Notes: generated from the letters alone by a model not told the origin. Shown: positions 1 through 14,335, numbered from the whole stretch's first letter. The stretch: DNA of 62,419 nucleotides, filler included, from Chiloscyllium plagiosum (GCF_004010195.1; 5 parts of one record of this genome joined end to end with filler, not necessarily neighbours in it), one strand, 5' to 3'. Translations and numbers: made by a program.

Positions 1-1400
1 GGAATATCCTCCCTTAGCACAGCTGTAATGCTATCCCTTATCAAAATTGCCCTCCCCCTCCTCTCTTGCCTCCCTTTCTATCCTTCCTGTAGCATTTGTA
101 TCCTGGAACATTAAGCTGCCAGTCCTGTCCATTCCTCAGTCATGTTCCTGTTATTGCTATGATATCCCAGTCCCATGTTCCTAACCATGCCTTGAGTTCA
201 TTTGCCTTTCCTGTTAGGCCCCTTGCATTGAAATAAATGCAGTTTAATTTATTAGTCCTACCTTGTCCCTGCCTGCCCTGACTGTTTGACTTACTTCTGT
301 TCTCAGCTGTACCCATCTCAGATTGATCTCTTTCCTCACTATCTCCCTGGGTTCCCACCTCCCCCACCCCACCTTACTAGTTTAAATCCTCCCAAGCGAT
401 TCTAGCAAATTTCCCTGCCAGTATATTAGTCCCCTTCCAATTTAGGTGCAATCCATCCTTCTTGTACAGGTCACTTCTACCCCAAAAGAGATTCCAATGA
501 TCCAAAAATGTTAGTCCTTCTCCCATACACCAGCTCCTCAGCCATGCATTCATCTGCTCTATCCTCCTATTCCTGCCCTCATTAGCTCGTAACACTGGGA
601 GTAATCCAGATATCACTATCCTTGAGGACCTCCTTTTTAAATTTCTGCCTAACTCTCTGTAATCTCCATTCAGAATCTCAACCTTTTCCCTTCCTATGTC
701 GTCGGTTCCAATGTGGACAATGACCTCCTGCTGGCCCCTCTCCCCCGTGAGAATATTCTGCACCGTCTCTGAGACATCCTTGATCCTGGCACCAGGGAAA
801 CAACACACCATTCTGCTTTTTCTCTGCTTGCCACAGAAACATCTGTCTGTACCTTGGACCAGAGAATCCACTAACACAATTGGTCTCTTGGAAGCCGACG
901 TACCCCTCGTTGCATTAGAGCCAGTCTCAATACCAGAAACTTGGCTGTTTGTGCTACATTTTCCAAAACAGCATACCTGTTTGAAATGGGTATATCCACT
1001 CCTGCACTAGCTGCCTACCTCTCTTACCTTTCCTGGAGTTAACCCATCTATGTGACTGTATCTGAGACTTGCCCCCCTTCCTATAACTGCCATCCATCAC
1101 ATACTGTTGCTGTTGCAAATTCCTCATCGCTTCTATCTGACTCTCCAACCGATCCACATTTATGGCAGATATAATCCGCAGAACAATTAACTTATCTGAT
1201 TCTGTGCTGTGAACTTCGCCCAAACTGGTTCCTCCAAGATTAGTTGTGAATTTCACTGTTTGTTAATTTTCCCAGATGCACTCCAATGTCTAGCGATATA
1301 CTAATTCAAACAGCAAAGGCAGTAACTGTACAGGTTCTCTCTCTCTCTTCTCTCTCTCTCTCCTGCACTGACCTCACCATGTGCTTCCTTTGTTTGCTCT
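1..1400 (-). mobile_element. CR1 LINE 5' portion: ORF1 (SGNH esterase-like) and start of ORF2 (APE endonuclease), degenerate
   Basis: ORF 377..877 has DSLV..CFPGA..VHIGTDD..DGLHLN (SGNH/GDSL blocks of CR1 esterase ORF1). ORF 140..367 ends LNCIYFNARGL..DIIAIT, the APE N-terminus. Confidence 0.9.
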
Positions 1401-1580
1401 TCTCCCTTTTAAAACTGCTGTTGTTTTGACTTCTTTTTTCCAAAGTTCCAAAACAATGCAACAGCATATAAAACAGTAATTGCTGCTCCGAGAATTCGAG
1501 GAAATCACCTCCAAAACCTAAAGTATCTCAAAAAAAGGAGCAGCTCTTACAGCCAGAAACTTTTTCCCCGTCCTCCATCT

Positions 1581-1920
1581 TGGATTACCCAGAATCCTTG
1601 ATTTCACTTTTCGAAAATCGATCTAGCTTTACCTTAAAAACATTCAAAGGTGTAGCCTCCACTGCTTCACTGGGCGGGAAATTCCACAGATTCACAACCC
1701 TTTGTGTGAAGAAGTTCCTCCTCAGCTCAGTCCTAAACCTGCTCCTCCTTATTTTGAGGCTATGCCCCTTAGTTCTAGTGTTACCTGTAGACACAACCTC
1801 CCTGCTTCTATCTTATTTATTCCCTTCATAATTTTATATGTTTCTATCCATATTCTTCTAAATTCCAATGAGTATAGTCACAGTCTACTCAATCTCTCCT
1901 CCTAAGCCAATCCTCTCATT
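1581..1920 (-). mobile_element. CR1 LINE 3' fragment
   Basis: TKGHSLKI..RRNFFTQRVVNLWN, the typical CR1 ORF2 C-terminus. Confidence 0.85.
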
Positions 1921-2223
1921 TGCTATCGGCTGTGTCGATACTGGGGGCTCAAGAAAGTCCCAAGAGCTGTGAAAGGCTCAAAAGAATCCTGGGCCAAAAT
2001 AATAGTTAAGGCAATTGAGCTACATGGGTTCTATGTGATTAGGGCCCAGGGAAGTCCTAGAGCAACTGAATAGCTGAATGTAGTACGGGCTCAGGAAACC
2101 GTGAAGGGTTTGAACCAGTTCATACTTTAGTGCATTAGAAAGTGGGGGTTGGAATCCCACAAGCAGCATTTGATTCAATTATGCCAGTATAGAGCTCAGG
2201 AAGCAAACCCAAGTAATTACTAG

Positions 2224-2318
2224 GTTCCTGAAGAAGGGCTTATGCCCGAAACGTCGATTCTCCTGTTCCCTGGATGCTGCCTGACCTGCTGCGCTTTTCC
2301 AGCAACACATTTTCAGCT
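2224..2318 (+). mobile_element. Short Penelope-derived element with minimal hammerhead core
   Basis: ctgaaga-a-gggc ttat gccc-gaa-acgt-c at 2228-2255. Flanked by near-direct repeats caagta(c)attactag (2210-2223, 2319-2333). Confidence 0.75.
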
Positions 2319-4209
2319 CAAGTACATTACTAGTTCATTGAAGCACACTGTTTGTGACAACAAAGATTTAAATTAATTTTGCATGACATTATTTCTCTCC
2401 AGTAAAAACGTAGTTCACGATGAGTATGCAATTAGGAGCCAATAAATAAAGTCTTCCTGAGCAAAAGAAAGTGCCAATTTATTAACTATTAATTACAAGG
2501 ATGATAACAAAAAAGCCAACGTTGAGAATATGGCCTTCATGCCGTCGCACACCAACACACAAGTACAAAGGGAATGCTGCATAGGATAGTAAAAGATTTA
2601 AAAGCTGCAAGGTTTTTAATTTGTGCCAATTTTGTTTAGTTCATGGGCACTGTCATTCATAACAAATGTTTCAGTCATTAAAAATTTCTTGGTTCTCCTT
2701 TGGATTTATAGGAAAATGTAACTAGGTTGCAGATCAACTATGAAATAATGGAATGGAATATTAGACTCAATGGACTACATTGAACCCTATTCCTGTATCT
2801 TTATTGTGATGAAAGGTGAATTATATTACATTTTGGGGGTTTAGATTTCAAAATATAGGTAGATAGATATAGATTAATCCTGTGAGCATTTTTTCCCAGA
2901 AAGGTCAGAATGTTAATTTGAAACAATAATCGAAATACATAATTTGTACTGCCAAGGAGAATTCCTGTGGTGTTGATGGATGGAATGTTTACCTTTTTGG
3001 GTTTAGGCAGAGGTAGCACAATGCAGCAATTAGTTACAATAAAGAAGTTTTGACTTCAAAACAGAAAGCTCAAAGTTTAGTTCAGAAGAATCAGGAGTTG
3101 AGTTCAGAAAGAGGCTTTATTTTTCTCCAAGAATCAAGCTTTCCATCAGTTCAGGGGATTCAGTCACCTCAGCCAAAATGGTTTCTTTTCAATGGGACTT
3201 CCAAGTCTGGGGAGTTCAGATAGAAGCCTTCAAGTTGTTGGAATGGTAAAATGTTTAGGCCATCAGAGTTGTGAAAGGTTCATACCAGCAGACTCAGAAA
3301 GGAGTTGTAAAAATAAAACAACACAGCTTCAACAGTTCAAGGGGAAGAAAATGGAATATGTCAGTTAGATGGAGATTTAAGAAGTGTTACTTATTCCATG
3401 ATTGTGCCTCTGTAACAGATGCTATTGGAAAACAGGTGGAAATTTTTTCTCGATGTTCATGTCAAGTACTTCCTAACTTTACTATGTGCATCTGGAATTA
3501 TTTTTCTTGTTTCGTATGATGAACTTAAGTTGTTTAAAAAAAGTTATCTGCAAACTTTTGTGAATATGGTTAAGTTGCTAACCACCACAGTAATTGACAA
3601 AACAAAAATGTGATCTATCAAGCCGGGTTTCATTCTGAGGTCTATTTTGTCCAGAGGTACTATCGGCTAGGATTAAGTTATTTGCCAAATTTTCATACAA
3701 TTTTTCCTGAGCTACAGTTATCTTCTTTTGTGAATAAAACTGGCAAATATTTATCAAAAGTCAAGAGGCAGAAGATTTTTTTTAAAGTTATCCTCTTGCT
3801 CTTTATGTATTTAGAGAATATATTTTTGTTTGATTTGATTTTTCTTGCCATTATTTAGTCCTCTCTTTGGTTTCTAAGCTACCTTTTTAATTCACCTGTG
3901 AGTTTTCTGCATTGACCTAGGTTTCCTCAGTATTTGTTGCTCAATATCTGACATAAGCTTCCTTTTTACACTTCAATATCAAGCCCAAAGAGTTTTTACT
4001 GAACTTCAAATATAATGATTCTCCCATGGCAATCCACCATGTGGAAAAAAATTCATTTGAAGATAGGACTCAAAACGAGGCAGACTCATGATCTGTCACA
4101 AATGCAATGGACAAAGCTGGCAATAGAGCAATGATGGGTCTGTTTGGGATTCTTCTGCAATTAAAACAATAAAATAATAAGTGGTTGTTAAAAATGTAGT
4201 AATTTAATT

Positions 4210-5469
4210 AATTTTGAGAAGACTTGTAGCTTGGGCTGAGTTTCAGGTGTAAGTTTGCTCATTGAGCTGGAAGGTTCGCTTTCAGACGTTTCATCACCAT
4301 ACTAGGTAACATCATCAGTGAGCCTCCGGTGAAGCACTGGTGTTAGTGACCCGCTTTCTATTTATGTGTTTAGGTTTCCTTGGGTTGGCAATGTCATTTC
4401 CAGTGGTGATGTCATTTCCTGATCTTTTACTCAGAGGGTGTTAAATGGGGCCCAAGTCAATGTGTTGATAGAGTTCTGGTTGGAATGCCATGTTTCTTGG
4501 AATTCTCATGCAGATCTCTATTTGGCTTCTCCTAGGATGAATGTGTTGTCACAGTAAAGTGAACGGCCAATGGGGAACTTCAAACCAGCATCTAAAGTAA
4601 AATAGCACATACCGACCAAGTATTGAACTACAGAAGCAATCATCCCAACACCCACAAATGAGGCTGCATTAGAACATTATTTTAATGAGCCATCACACAC
4701 TGCAGCACAGGGGAATTACACAGATCAGAGGCAAATCATCTACTCAGCGTATTCAAAAAGAGCGGTACCCAATGAACATAGTCCAACGCTTTCTCAGCAA
4801 CAAACCCAAATAAGTAGACAAAACGTGCCCAGAAACCCTAGCCACTCTCCCCTACATCAAAGACACCTCGGAAATGACTGCCAGACTACTCAGACCTCTT
4901 GGCATCACGGGAGCCCACAAATCCACCAACACACTAAAACAGCAGCTAATAAACTTGAAAGACTCTATACAGACAACAAGCAAAACTAATGTAATTTACA
5001 AGGATACTTGCAAGGACTGTAACAAACACTACATTGGACAGACTGGCAGAAAACTAGCCACCAGGATACATGAACATCAACTAGCCACAAAAAAGACATG
5101 ACCCACTCTCACTAGTATCCTTACATACAGATGAGGAAGGACACCACTTTGACTGGGACAAAACATTCATCCTAGGACAAGCCAAACAGAGACACATACA
5201 AGAATTCCTCGAAGCATGGCATTCCAACCAGAACTCTATCAACAAACACATCGATTTGGATTCCATTTACCACCCTCTGAGAAAAAGAACAGAAAATGAC
5301 ATCACCACAGGAAATGATGTCACCAACCCAAGGAAACCTAAACATATAAATAGAAAGTGTACCATAACACCAGTGCTTCACTTGGAGGCTCACTGATGAT
5401 GTTACCTAATATGGTGACAAAACGTCTGAAAACAAACCTTCCAGCTCAGCGAGCAAACTTACACCCAGC
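4210..5469. mobile_element. Penelope-like retroelement with GIY-YIG fragment and inverted terminal region
   Basis: ORF 4874..5101 NVIYKDTCKDCNKHYIGQTGRKLATRIHEH (GIY-YIG). About 4246-4555 is an inverted copy of about 5150-5465. 12-bp TSD agtaatttaatt at 4198-4209 and 5470-5481. Confidence 0.9.
4282..4321 (-). ncRNA. Minimal type I hammerhead ribozyme motif (PLE)
   Basis: Minus strand: uca CUGAUGA u guuacc uaguau ggugau GAA ACGU C uga. Stem I uca/uga, palindromic stem III ACGU. The plus copy at 5390-5429 has the G of GAAA mutated. Confidence 0.7.
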
Positions 5470-6529
5470 AGTAATTTAATTTCAAATAAATACATCAATC
5501 TATTTGTTACCGATACTGCACATACAAAGTCATCCGTAATGTGAGAATGAGTCGGTAATGAAGACAATGAGCTGATGACAAATTTTGTGCATAACACCTG
5601 GAATAAAACAGAGAACTGCAGATGCTGGAGATATGAAACAAACAAAAGTGGAAAATGCTAGAGAATCTCAGCATTTATGCTGCATCAGTGGAGAAAGAAA
5701 CAGAGTTAACATTTCGAGACCCTTCTTCAGACCTGTTCTTTGCTTTCACTCCATAGATGCTGCCAGACTTGCTGGGTTTCTCCAGAAGTTTCAGTTTGTT
5801 CCTAAAATGCCTGTTTTGATGATAATTATCTTCAGAGCATTGCTTTTGTGCATATGGGGAGTATCCTTTAACACCCAGTGATCTTAATCGGGAAGGTTCT
5901 TTGCTCATTAGGAGAAAGTGAGGACTGCAGATGCTGATGAAGGGCTAATGCTCGAAGTATTGATGCTGCCCGACCTGCTGTGCTTTTCCAGCACCACACT
6001 CACGACGCTTTGCTCATCAGGCCAGAATAGCAATAAAGAGCTTGTACGTGATCAACATCAATCTGGAAATTAAGGAACCACATTGTCAGGTCAACTTGTG
6101 GTGTCATGATAATATGCGTACCCCTGGACCGGGAAGTTCAAGTCCCACCTGCTCCAGATAACATCTCTGGAACACGTTGATTGGAAAAATAGGTTAAATT
6201 AAAGAAAGGACTATAGAACCCTTTTGGTAACAGTGGTAGTGTCCTTACCCCTGGACTGAGAGGCCCAGATTCAAGTCCCAGAAGTGTGTAGTAACATCTC
6301 TAAGCAGGTTGATTATGGGGATAAATGGAACCACACAGTAGCATGGCTGACAGCTTTCAGGGGAAGGAGTATGGAGGAAAAGGCCTTGGAGTTGGTGCAG
6401 ATAAGATGTACTGAAATGGTAGTAAGAGGGAGATGATGGTATTGTAGTAATAAGGTAAAGTCACCATAGCCCTTGAGCACCATCGGACCGTGCTCTCATT
6501 AGAGAGTGGTAATGGTGGTGGTTTAACCT

Positions 6530-8200
6530 ATCGATGTAACACCCTTATTCAAAAAGGGAGAGAGATAAAGGCTAGTTAACTTAACATCTGTTGCTGGGAA
6601 AGTGTTTGAGTCTACTGCAAAGGATGCAATAGTAGAACATTTAGAAATATGTGGTGTGATCAAGCAGAGTCACTATGGTTTTACAGAGTGGAAATGATCC
6701 CTGAAAAGTTGGTGAAGTTGTTTGAGGAAGTAAAAAGCAGGATGAAGGGGAAGCAGTGGATGTAATGTATTTGGATTTTCATGGCACTTGATGATGTACC
6801 AAACATAACAATGTAAGACCCCATGGTACAGGAGGTAGTATATTTTCACGGATATAATTTTGACTAACTAATAGAAGACAGAATTGGAATAAGGCGCCCA
6901 TTTTCAGGATGGTAAACTATAACTAGCGGAGTGCCACAGGGATCAGAACTGGCGCCACAATTATTTATAATATATATTAATGACTTCAATGAGGAAAGTG
7001 AATATACTATAGACAAGATGGGTGGATGGAATTTAATGTTAGGAAAACGTGAAGTTATGCTCTTTGGCAGGAAAACAGAAGGAACTGAATATTATTTACA
7101 TTGAGAAAAACTGCAGAAAGCAGCAGCAGAGAGAGATTTTGGGTGCCCATGCAATAAACAACATGAACCTAGCACTAGTCAGGTATTAGAGAAGACAAAT
7201 CGATTGTTGCCCTATATTTCAAGGGAATTAAGTGTAATATAGGGTAGTCTTACTAAAATGATACAAGGCATTAGTCAGACTATTCGTGAAATATTGTGAA
7301 AATTTAGCAAAGGATAGTTACATTGGCATTACAGGCAGTACAGAGAAGGTTCCAGGCTGCTCCTGAATATAGATAGAATGTCTTATGAAGAGAGCTAAGT
7401 AGGGTCATAGAGTGCAGAAGATGCCCTTTGGCCTATCAAGTCTGTGCTGACCTATCTACCCTAGCCCCACTTTCAAGATTTGGACCATTGCTTTGAATGC
7501 TAAGATATGTCATGAGCCCAACTTTGTACTTTTTAACGATTGTGAGGTTACCCACCTCTACTGCCCTCCCAGGCAATTCATTCCAGTCCCACCATCCACT
7601 CAATGAAGAGACTTTCCTCAAATTCCCTCTAACCTCCTGCCTTTCACCTTAACATTGTGCCTCCTTTGTTGTTGACCCTTCAATTAATGGGAATAGCTGC
7701 TCTCTATTCACCCTGTCTTTGCTCTCATAATCTTATATATCTATATCAGAGCATCCCTCAGCTTTCTCTGCTCCAAGGAAAACAACCTGAGCTGAATTGG
7801 TAGGTTGGTCTCTACTCTTTGAAGTTTAGCAGAATGAGAAATGACCGTCTTGGAGCATACAAAATTCCTTGAGGCTTCACTTGACAGGACAGATGTGGAA
7901 AGGTTGTGTCCTCTTGTAGGAGAGTTTAGGACCGGAAGGCATCATCTCAGAGTAAGGGTTCATAAATTTAACACAGAGATGAGGAAGAATTTCTTCTCTC
8001 AGAGGGTAGAGAATCAGTGGAATTCCTTACCACAGACGGTGGGTCATTTCATGTATTTAAGGCTGAGAGAGACAGGATTTTAATCAGTAAGGGAAGCAAG
8101 GGGTATGGGGAAAAGAAAATGGAGTTGAGGAATATCAGATCAGCCACGATCTCAGTGAATGGTAGAGCAGATGGGCTGAATGGCCTACTCCTGCTCCTAT
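6530..8200 (+). mobile_element. Degenerate CR1 RT/3' end with a nested opposite-strand CR1 3' end (about 7405-7790)
   Basis: agcggagtgccacagggatcag (SGVPQGS motif) near 6925. RKNFFSQRVENQWNSLP in ORF 7841..8083. Confidence 0.8.
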
Positions 8201-9779
8201 GACTTATTGTCATTCATCTTCATGTAGACTGGTGCAATGGTGGGAAACCATTCCAGCAGCCAATCCCATGTCCCCGCTGCTTGGCTCACTGCATGTGATG
8301 GAAACTCGAGGGCGCTCTGGACATTTCAATATGATCTGCCCTTCCCCACCACTACTCAGCAGGCAAACTTTCTCATCCCAATAAGTTTACCCTCCCCACG
8401 ACCAGTTTTCCCACCTCCTAGGGGACTGGAAAATTCTTCCTTCGTTACCCTTGGGTAGTTAGAGGAGCTTCTTGGAAATATTACACACTAGGGGCTTTCG
8501 AAATGGACTGGCAGCAGGAAAAAAACCGCTGCTTAATTTCGGCATCTACTGAAGGGAACCAAACATAACCCTGACCCTGCCAGTGTCACCCTTATGCTCA
8601 AACAATTTTAAAAGTTTTAAAACTGGCCCATTGTTTTTCAGAAGTTCTTGAAAACTACCTATTGTGTCTATGTTTTATTTATTTCATAGCCTTATATCTG
8701 TAACAGTGCTATGGTGTACAACAGGCTTAATTCCACTGATGTTAGTGGTGTTCTCTGAATGACCCACACAATCGTGATTAGAACCTGGTTTCAGAAGCTA
8801 AGCTCAAAACAAGTCAAGAATGAAGGAAATATTTCACACTCATTTTTTTTCCCCTTGGTTGGTCATGAAGTGGATACAAGAGAAACAGTTGGAAGAATGC
8901 ATTTTCACTTCACAAATGCACTGTAATCAGCATCCTGGGAAGAACATTTTGTACTGTTAGGATCACAATGCTTTATTATCAAAATTTTTATTACAATGGC
9001 CTGTCTTTGAGTCAAAAGGTTGTAATTTAAGCACATAGGCGAACGTTCCAATATGGCACTGGGGGAAGGTTACACTGTCAAAGGGGTATACATTCAGACA
9101 TTACACTGAGGCCCCCTCAGACCCATAAAATATTCTGAAACCATTTTGAAGATCAATGGAAATCTCCCTAGAGCCTTGGTTAATACTTAGCCTTCAATTG
9201 ACATCCCAAAATCGGTTCTGTTAAATACATTAGGGGTCCTCTGTTTGTAAAGGCTATTACACAATTGCAAATGTTTCTTTCCGTGTATGGAAGAAAATTA
9301 TCAAAATGTTGCTTGGAGCCTGCTGACAGACTATGATAGTGAAGGAAGGGAGAGTGGTTATAGTGTAGCTAGCTTGGGGGACACTGGGTGACTACAAATC
9401 GGCCGCTTTAAATTGCCAGTGGCACATGGTCAAGCAGAAGAATTTAAATTGTCCATGCACTTAAATGATGTGTGCCACAAAATGATTAAAGGGAATGACG
9501 TTTGAGGCAGTAAGATACTGGTACAGCAATTGGATGAACATCTCCTACTCAATGGGACTTTATTTTACATAGGCAAGATTTGTTTCTTAACTGAAGGGTC
9601 TGCGAAATGGTCATTGATTGGTCATAAATAGCCATCACACCAAGAGATTTTTGGAGGTTTACAAAGGGTACTCATGACAGAAAAATCCCACAGATGTTTC
9701 CGGATGATAGCCATCGCACTGAATTTTGCATCCATGCAAAAATTCCTGGACGTTATTAAGAATTAAGAAATTATGAGGC

Positions 9780-10345
9780 ACATCTCATTGGGAGCAAGAA
9801 AAGAAATATCCCCTTGATATCCAATGGCATTGCCCATCACTGAATCCTCAGCTATTAACATCCTGAGGGTGGCCTTTAACCAATAACAGAACTGGACTAT
9901 CGGGATTCTGACTCCTCAAACACTGTACACCATCTATAAGGCAGAGTCAAGAATGTGATGAAATTTTCTCCACTATCATGGATGAGTGCAGCTTCAACAA
10001 CACTTGAGAAACATAACATTAAGCACGACAAGCCAACATCCAATTTGCCACCATCAATATTCACTCACTCTACCATTGACATAGAGTGTATACTTGCTGC
10101 AAGATTTACTTCAGCAACTCACCATGATTCCTTCAACAGCAGCTTCCAGACCCATGACCTCTAGTGGTCAGCAGATGCATAGGAACATCACCCAAATAAG
10201 TTCCCCACCAAATCCCCACAATCCTGATGTGAAACTTCATTGCTGATTCTGAACTTTCATTGGATTAAAATTATGGAACTCCCTTCCTAAATGCAGTGTA
10301 CATTTTCTCCAGGAGTAGCAGCTCAAGAGGTTAATTAACCATCAC
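9780..10345 (+). mobile_element. L2-type LINE 3' remnant
   Basis: Decayed sequence resembling, by eye, the minus-strand remnant near 29400-29875 (ttgcccatcc..., gcagcttcaacaacact). Confidence 0.5.
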
Positions 10346-10354
10346 CTTCCTAAG

Positions 10355-10562
10355 GCGAAAGTGAGGACTGCAGATGCTGGAGATCAGAGTCAAGATTAGA
10401 GTGATGCTGGAAAAGCACAGCCGATCTGGCAACATCCGCGGAGCAGGAAAGTTGACATTTTGGGCAGGAGCCATTCCTGATGAAGGGCGTCTGCCCGAAA
10501 TGTCGATTTTCCTACTCTTTGGATGCTGCCAGACCTGCTGTGCTTTTCCAGCACGACTCTAA
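10355..10562. mobile_element. Palindromic non-autonomous Penelope derivative
   Basis: Inverted arms around ctgatgaagggcgtctgcccgaaatgtc. Near-direct flanks catcacYttcYtaag. Confidence 0.75.
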
Positions 10563-13199
10563 TCATCACTTTCTTAAGCCCAATTATGGATGGATAATAA
10601 ATATTGGCACCACATTCCATGAAGTATTAAAGCAGATCCTCAACTGTTTTCTCATCAAATCTCTCATTGTTTTCTTTCTCTGAGAGTATTTAATCCAGTA
10701 ATATATCAATGTTCTGGCCTGGTAACCTGTTCCTTAACCTTTGCACACTTTCCTGCATGAGTTTCTTCAATGAGGTCACGGTCATGAAAATGGTCCATGC
10801 TGTGCACACAGCGAAGAAGCAGTTCTGTTATATATGACCTCTGATTCTTGTCTCGTTAACATCAATGGGAACAATAACTGACCAATAACAATGGCTGCTG
10901 ATGCACTGTGAACCTGCTTGGTGTTAATGGTCAAATACATACCCAACATATGGATGTGCGGAGCCCCAAATGTTTCAGGTAACATCACTGAATTTGTTTC
11001 CTTCTTAATACCATCACTTTATAATATTGGTTTCACTTTTCACATAGAAGTGGCATTGGAATTCCCAGAATCCATTTAGCTTTGTTCTGTTGGATAAGGC
11101 CAGTTAGCTATACCTGATTGAGTCACCAGCGACTTCAATGAAATGACTGCCCATTTCAACGAATTTGTAATTGAACATTTGAGGTCTCTCTCATGGTACC
11201 AACTATACAGTAGGCATTACAATCTGGATCTCCTTTTATACTTTTGTTATTCAAGTGGAGAGAATGCCTGAAGGAACAGAAAAAGAGCAGCTCTCATATT
11301 ATTAAAGCAACTTGACTGTTTCTTTAAATATAATAAAGTGAACCAAAACATGAGCAGAAATAATCAGGAAATGTATGTTTAATGTATCTCTCTCTGCTGT
11401 CTCCATTTACCATGTGCTGAGCCCATACACACCATTATCACAATAGACCACCATCTGTGCCTTAATGTTCCACAATTTCAGGATCAACAGTATTAGGATT
11501 CCTACTTGCAAGCATCTGGCAGAAAGAGGTTCTGGGTACTGGGTCCATTCGGTGTTTTCTCCACTATGCACACCCCGTATATTTCAGCACGTAAACAGGA
11601 CAGGATCATGCACTTCATCACCTGAAAGGGGGGTGCCTGACCACTTTGCATTGACCACTTTATTAAAGGGCGCTGAGAGTGAAGCTGCCTCTTTAAGAGA
11701 CAGAGTGTCACTCAAGTGTGGGTTTGTTCTCACTGTATCCATAGCAATTTGCATTCTGATAAGAATGAGCGTGTTCACTTGCAAACAAAGTTCTCTTTCA
11801 GCTCCAGTGATCTAAGGTAAGTTGACTTTGTACCTTGTGTGCTGCAGTCTGCTGCGTTAGTCATCCATTAATGATCTACAGTCTTGAAACAATGACCTCT
11901 GAACGAACAAACAGCCTATTTGGGAATGTTGATAATTTGCTACAATATTCCCAATTACATTGCTAAAGTTGCATCAGAATGAATTTGCAACACGTAGTAA
12001 TCTCATCTCTTATCTTGACACTGTCAATCTAACACTATATACCTGGTAATCCAGGCCCCATAGGAGATCTTAGTGTTGAGCAATGAACTTGATTTAGTCA
12101 ATAATCTAACATTATCAGAATATTTAGCAAAATTGATCAAAATAAATTTAGGTAAGGCTGACTTTGGAGGGATAAGGCAAAAACTGACTCCATTAGACTG
12201 GGCAACTAAATAATACCACACAATAGCTGGTCTTGTGTGTGGGCTGAGGGGGGAAGGGAGGTGTACAATCAATTATTTAGTGTGACATAAAGTCCATGCA
12301 TGTCTTTAACAGGAAAAAAGCTCCACCTATAATTTAAAAAAACACAGAAAATACTGGTATAACTCTGCAGGTCTGGCAGCATCTGTGGAGAGAGAAACAG
12401 AGTTAATATTTCAGATCCAGTATGACTTTTTCAGAACTGGCTATTAGTTACTTAACTGAAGACAAATCATATCAGACTTGAAATATTAATTCTGTTTCTC
12501 TCTCCATAGATGCAGGGAGCCCTGCTTTATGTCTCCAGTTTTTATTTCAGATTTTGCAGTATTTTACTTTTATTAATGAGGACAAGCACAAAATGATGAG
12601 ATGGATTCATTCCTGTCTAGAAACAACTTTGTTCAGCAAGTCAAATGAGAGGCAGTTCAAAACTAAAAGAAAAAGCAGATACGCAGACAAGTAGTGATCC
12701 CGCAGACTGGGAGTGAAATAGGAAGCCTCAAAGGCAGATGGACAGTGATTAGAATTAGAAGAAGAGAGGATGAGAGAAAGTTTCTCAAGAATATCAAGAC
12801 AGAACAAAAGTTTTCAATATGGATTTTAAAAGAGAGAGAAAGTGAAATGTTACATAGAATTACATTGGATATAAGCACAGAAAGTGGCCATCAAGGTCAA
12901 ATAGTAAATGCTAGTGTCATTCCTCCACTCAACTTTCATTACTTGCATCTTCCATGTATATGTGCTTAGTTTCCCATCAACTCATCCACACGGATTGCTT
13001 CAACTAGTTCCTGTGGGGGGGTAGCAGGTGTTTCATTCTTACCACCATTTGTGGGGTGAACTTCCTTCTGAATTCCCTATTGGATTCCTTGACATTTCTA
13101 GATCTGCTCTTGGCTAGAGGAAACACAGTGCGGGCTCTTAATGAATGACCTTGGTGATACTGTGACTGGAAATCTCAAACTGTCAGCCTCTCTATGTAC

Positions 13200-13850
13200 T
13201 TTATATCCATCTTCAGGGAGAGGATGAGGATAGAGTGCCAGAGATTAGAAACAAAACTAAGTAAAGAAATATGAGTGGAGGAAATTATGAAATCAAAGAT
13301 AAGCAAATCTCCAGGATCGGATGGTTTCTACACTAGGATATTGCACGAAGTTGGTGATTAAATTGTTGATGCTCTAAACACCATTCTCCAACATGAGGAG
13401 ATTTGTGTGGACCTCACTGCTGTTTGTTATTAGGGAAGAGTGTTTGAGCACTTGGGCAAACATGAACTGAGCAGATAGATTCATAAAGGACGATCATGTC
13501 AAATGATCCAAATTAATTATTTCAGGAGGTAAACAGCAAATTAGGGCGCGTCTATGAATATTATTTATATGCATTTGCAAGAAGGCATGCGATAAGGTTC
13601 CATATAAAGGATTGATAAATTAGTATCAGAACACAGGAAATTGGAAATCTGGCGGTGTGGATGAGAAATTGATTATGAGGTAGGAGACAGATTAGGGATT
13701 ACAGAGAGAGGATACGTAGTTTGCAGATGTGACGAGTGGTATCCTCAGTGATCTGAATTGGGGCTATAGCTTTTTATTACATTGACAAACAATACACGTG
13801 ATGGAATAAAGGGCACATATCAAAGTTTGATGTTGACACTAACCTAGGCA
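13200..13850 (+). mobile_element. Old CR1 RT remnant
   Basis: KSPG.DG (aaatctccaggatcggatgg) and DKVPY (gataaggttccatat) motifs with many stops. Confidence 0.65.
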
Positions 13851-14335
13851 AATCATGAGTGATTAGGGATGAGAACATCAAACACAGGAGCAACCAGCTG
13901 TAGGGTTCTTAGTTACTCAGAATAAGGACTGTTTGTAAGGAATGGGACAGATCATTTTGGAAATCTTCCATTCCCCCACCCCAATTACAACTGAGTCTTG
14001 CTTTAGGAGACAGTTTGACGAAGCACTGCCTGGTCTAATAAAGAAATATTCATAAAGTAACAACTTGGGATGTTTGCGCAAAGTATGAATGGAATCCTTG
14101 TAAGATAGAGTACATCATGTTCACATGTAGTCTAATCGAATTGTCTGGTGCATTTCACAGGAATCATAGTAACCAGAGGGGGCCAGCTGTAGGAAAACAG
14201 AGCTTAATTCTATTCATCTTTCAAAAAAAAAGTTGAATAAATATCTGATTAAGATTGAAAATTAAAGGGATGAATATAATCAAAAATATCATAATAGTTG
14301 TTCTTCCACAGGGCTGGGAAAATGTCACTGTGGAA

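Noticed and set aside
10782..10988. 68-aa minus-strand ORF as a host exon
   Set aside because: No convincing splice sites or recognisable motif.
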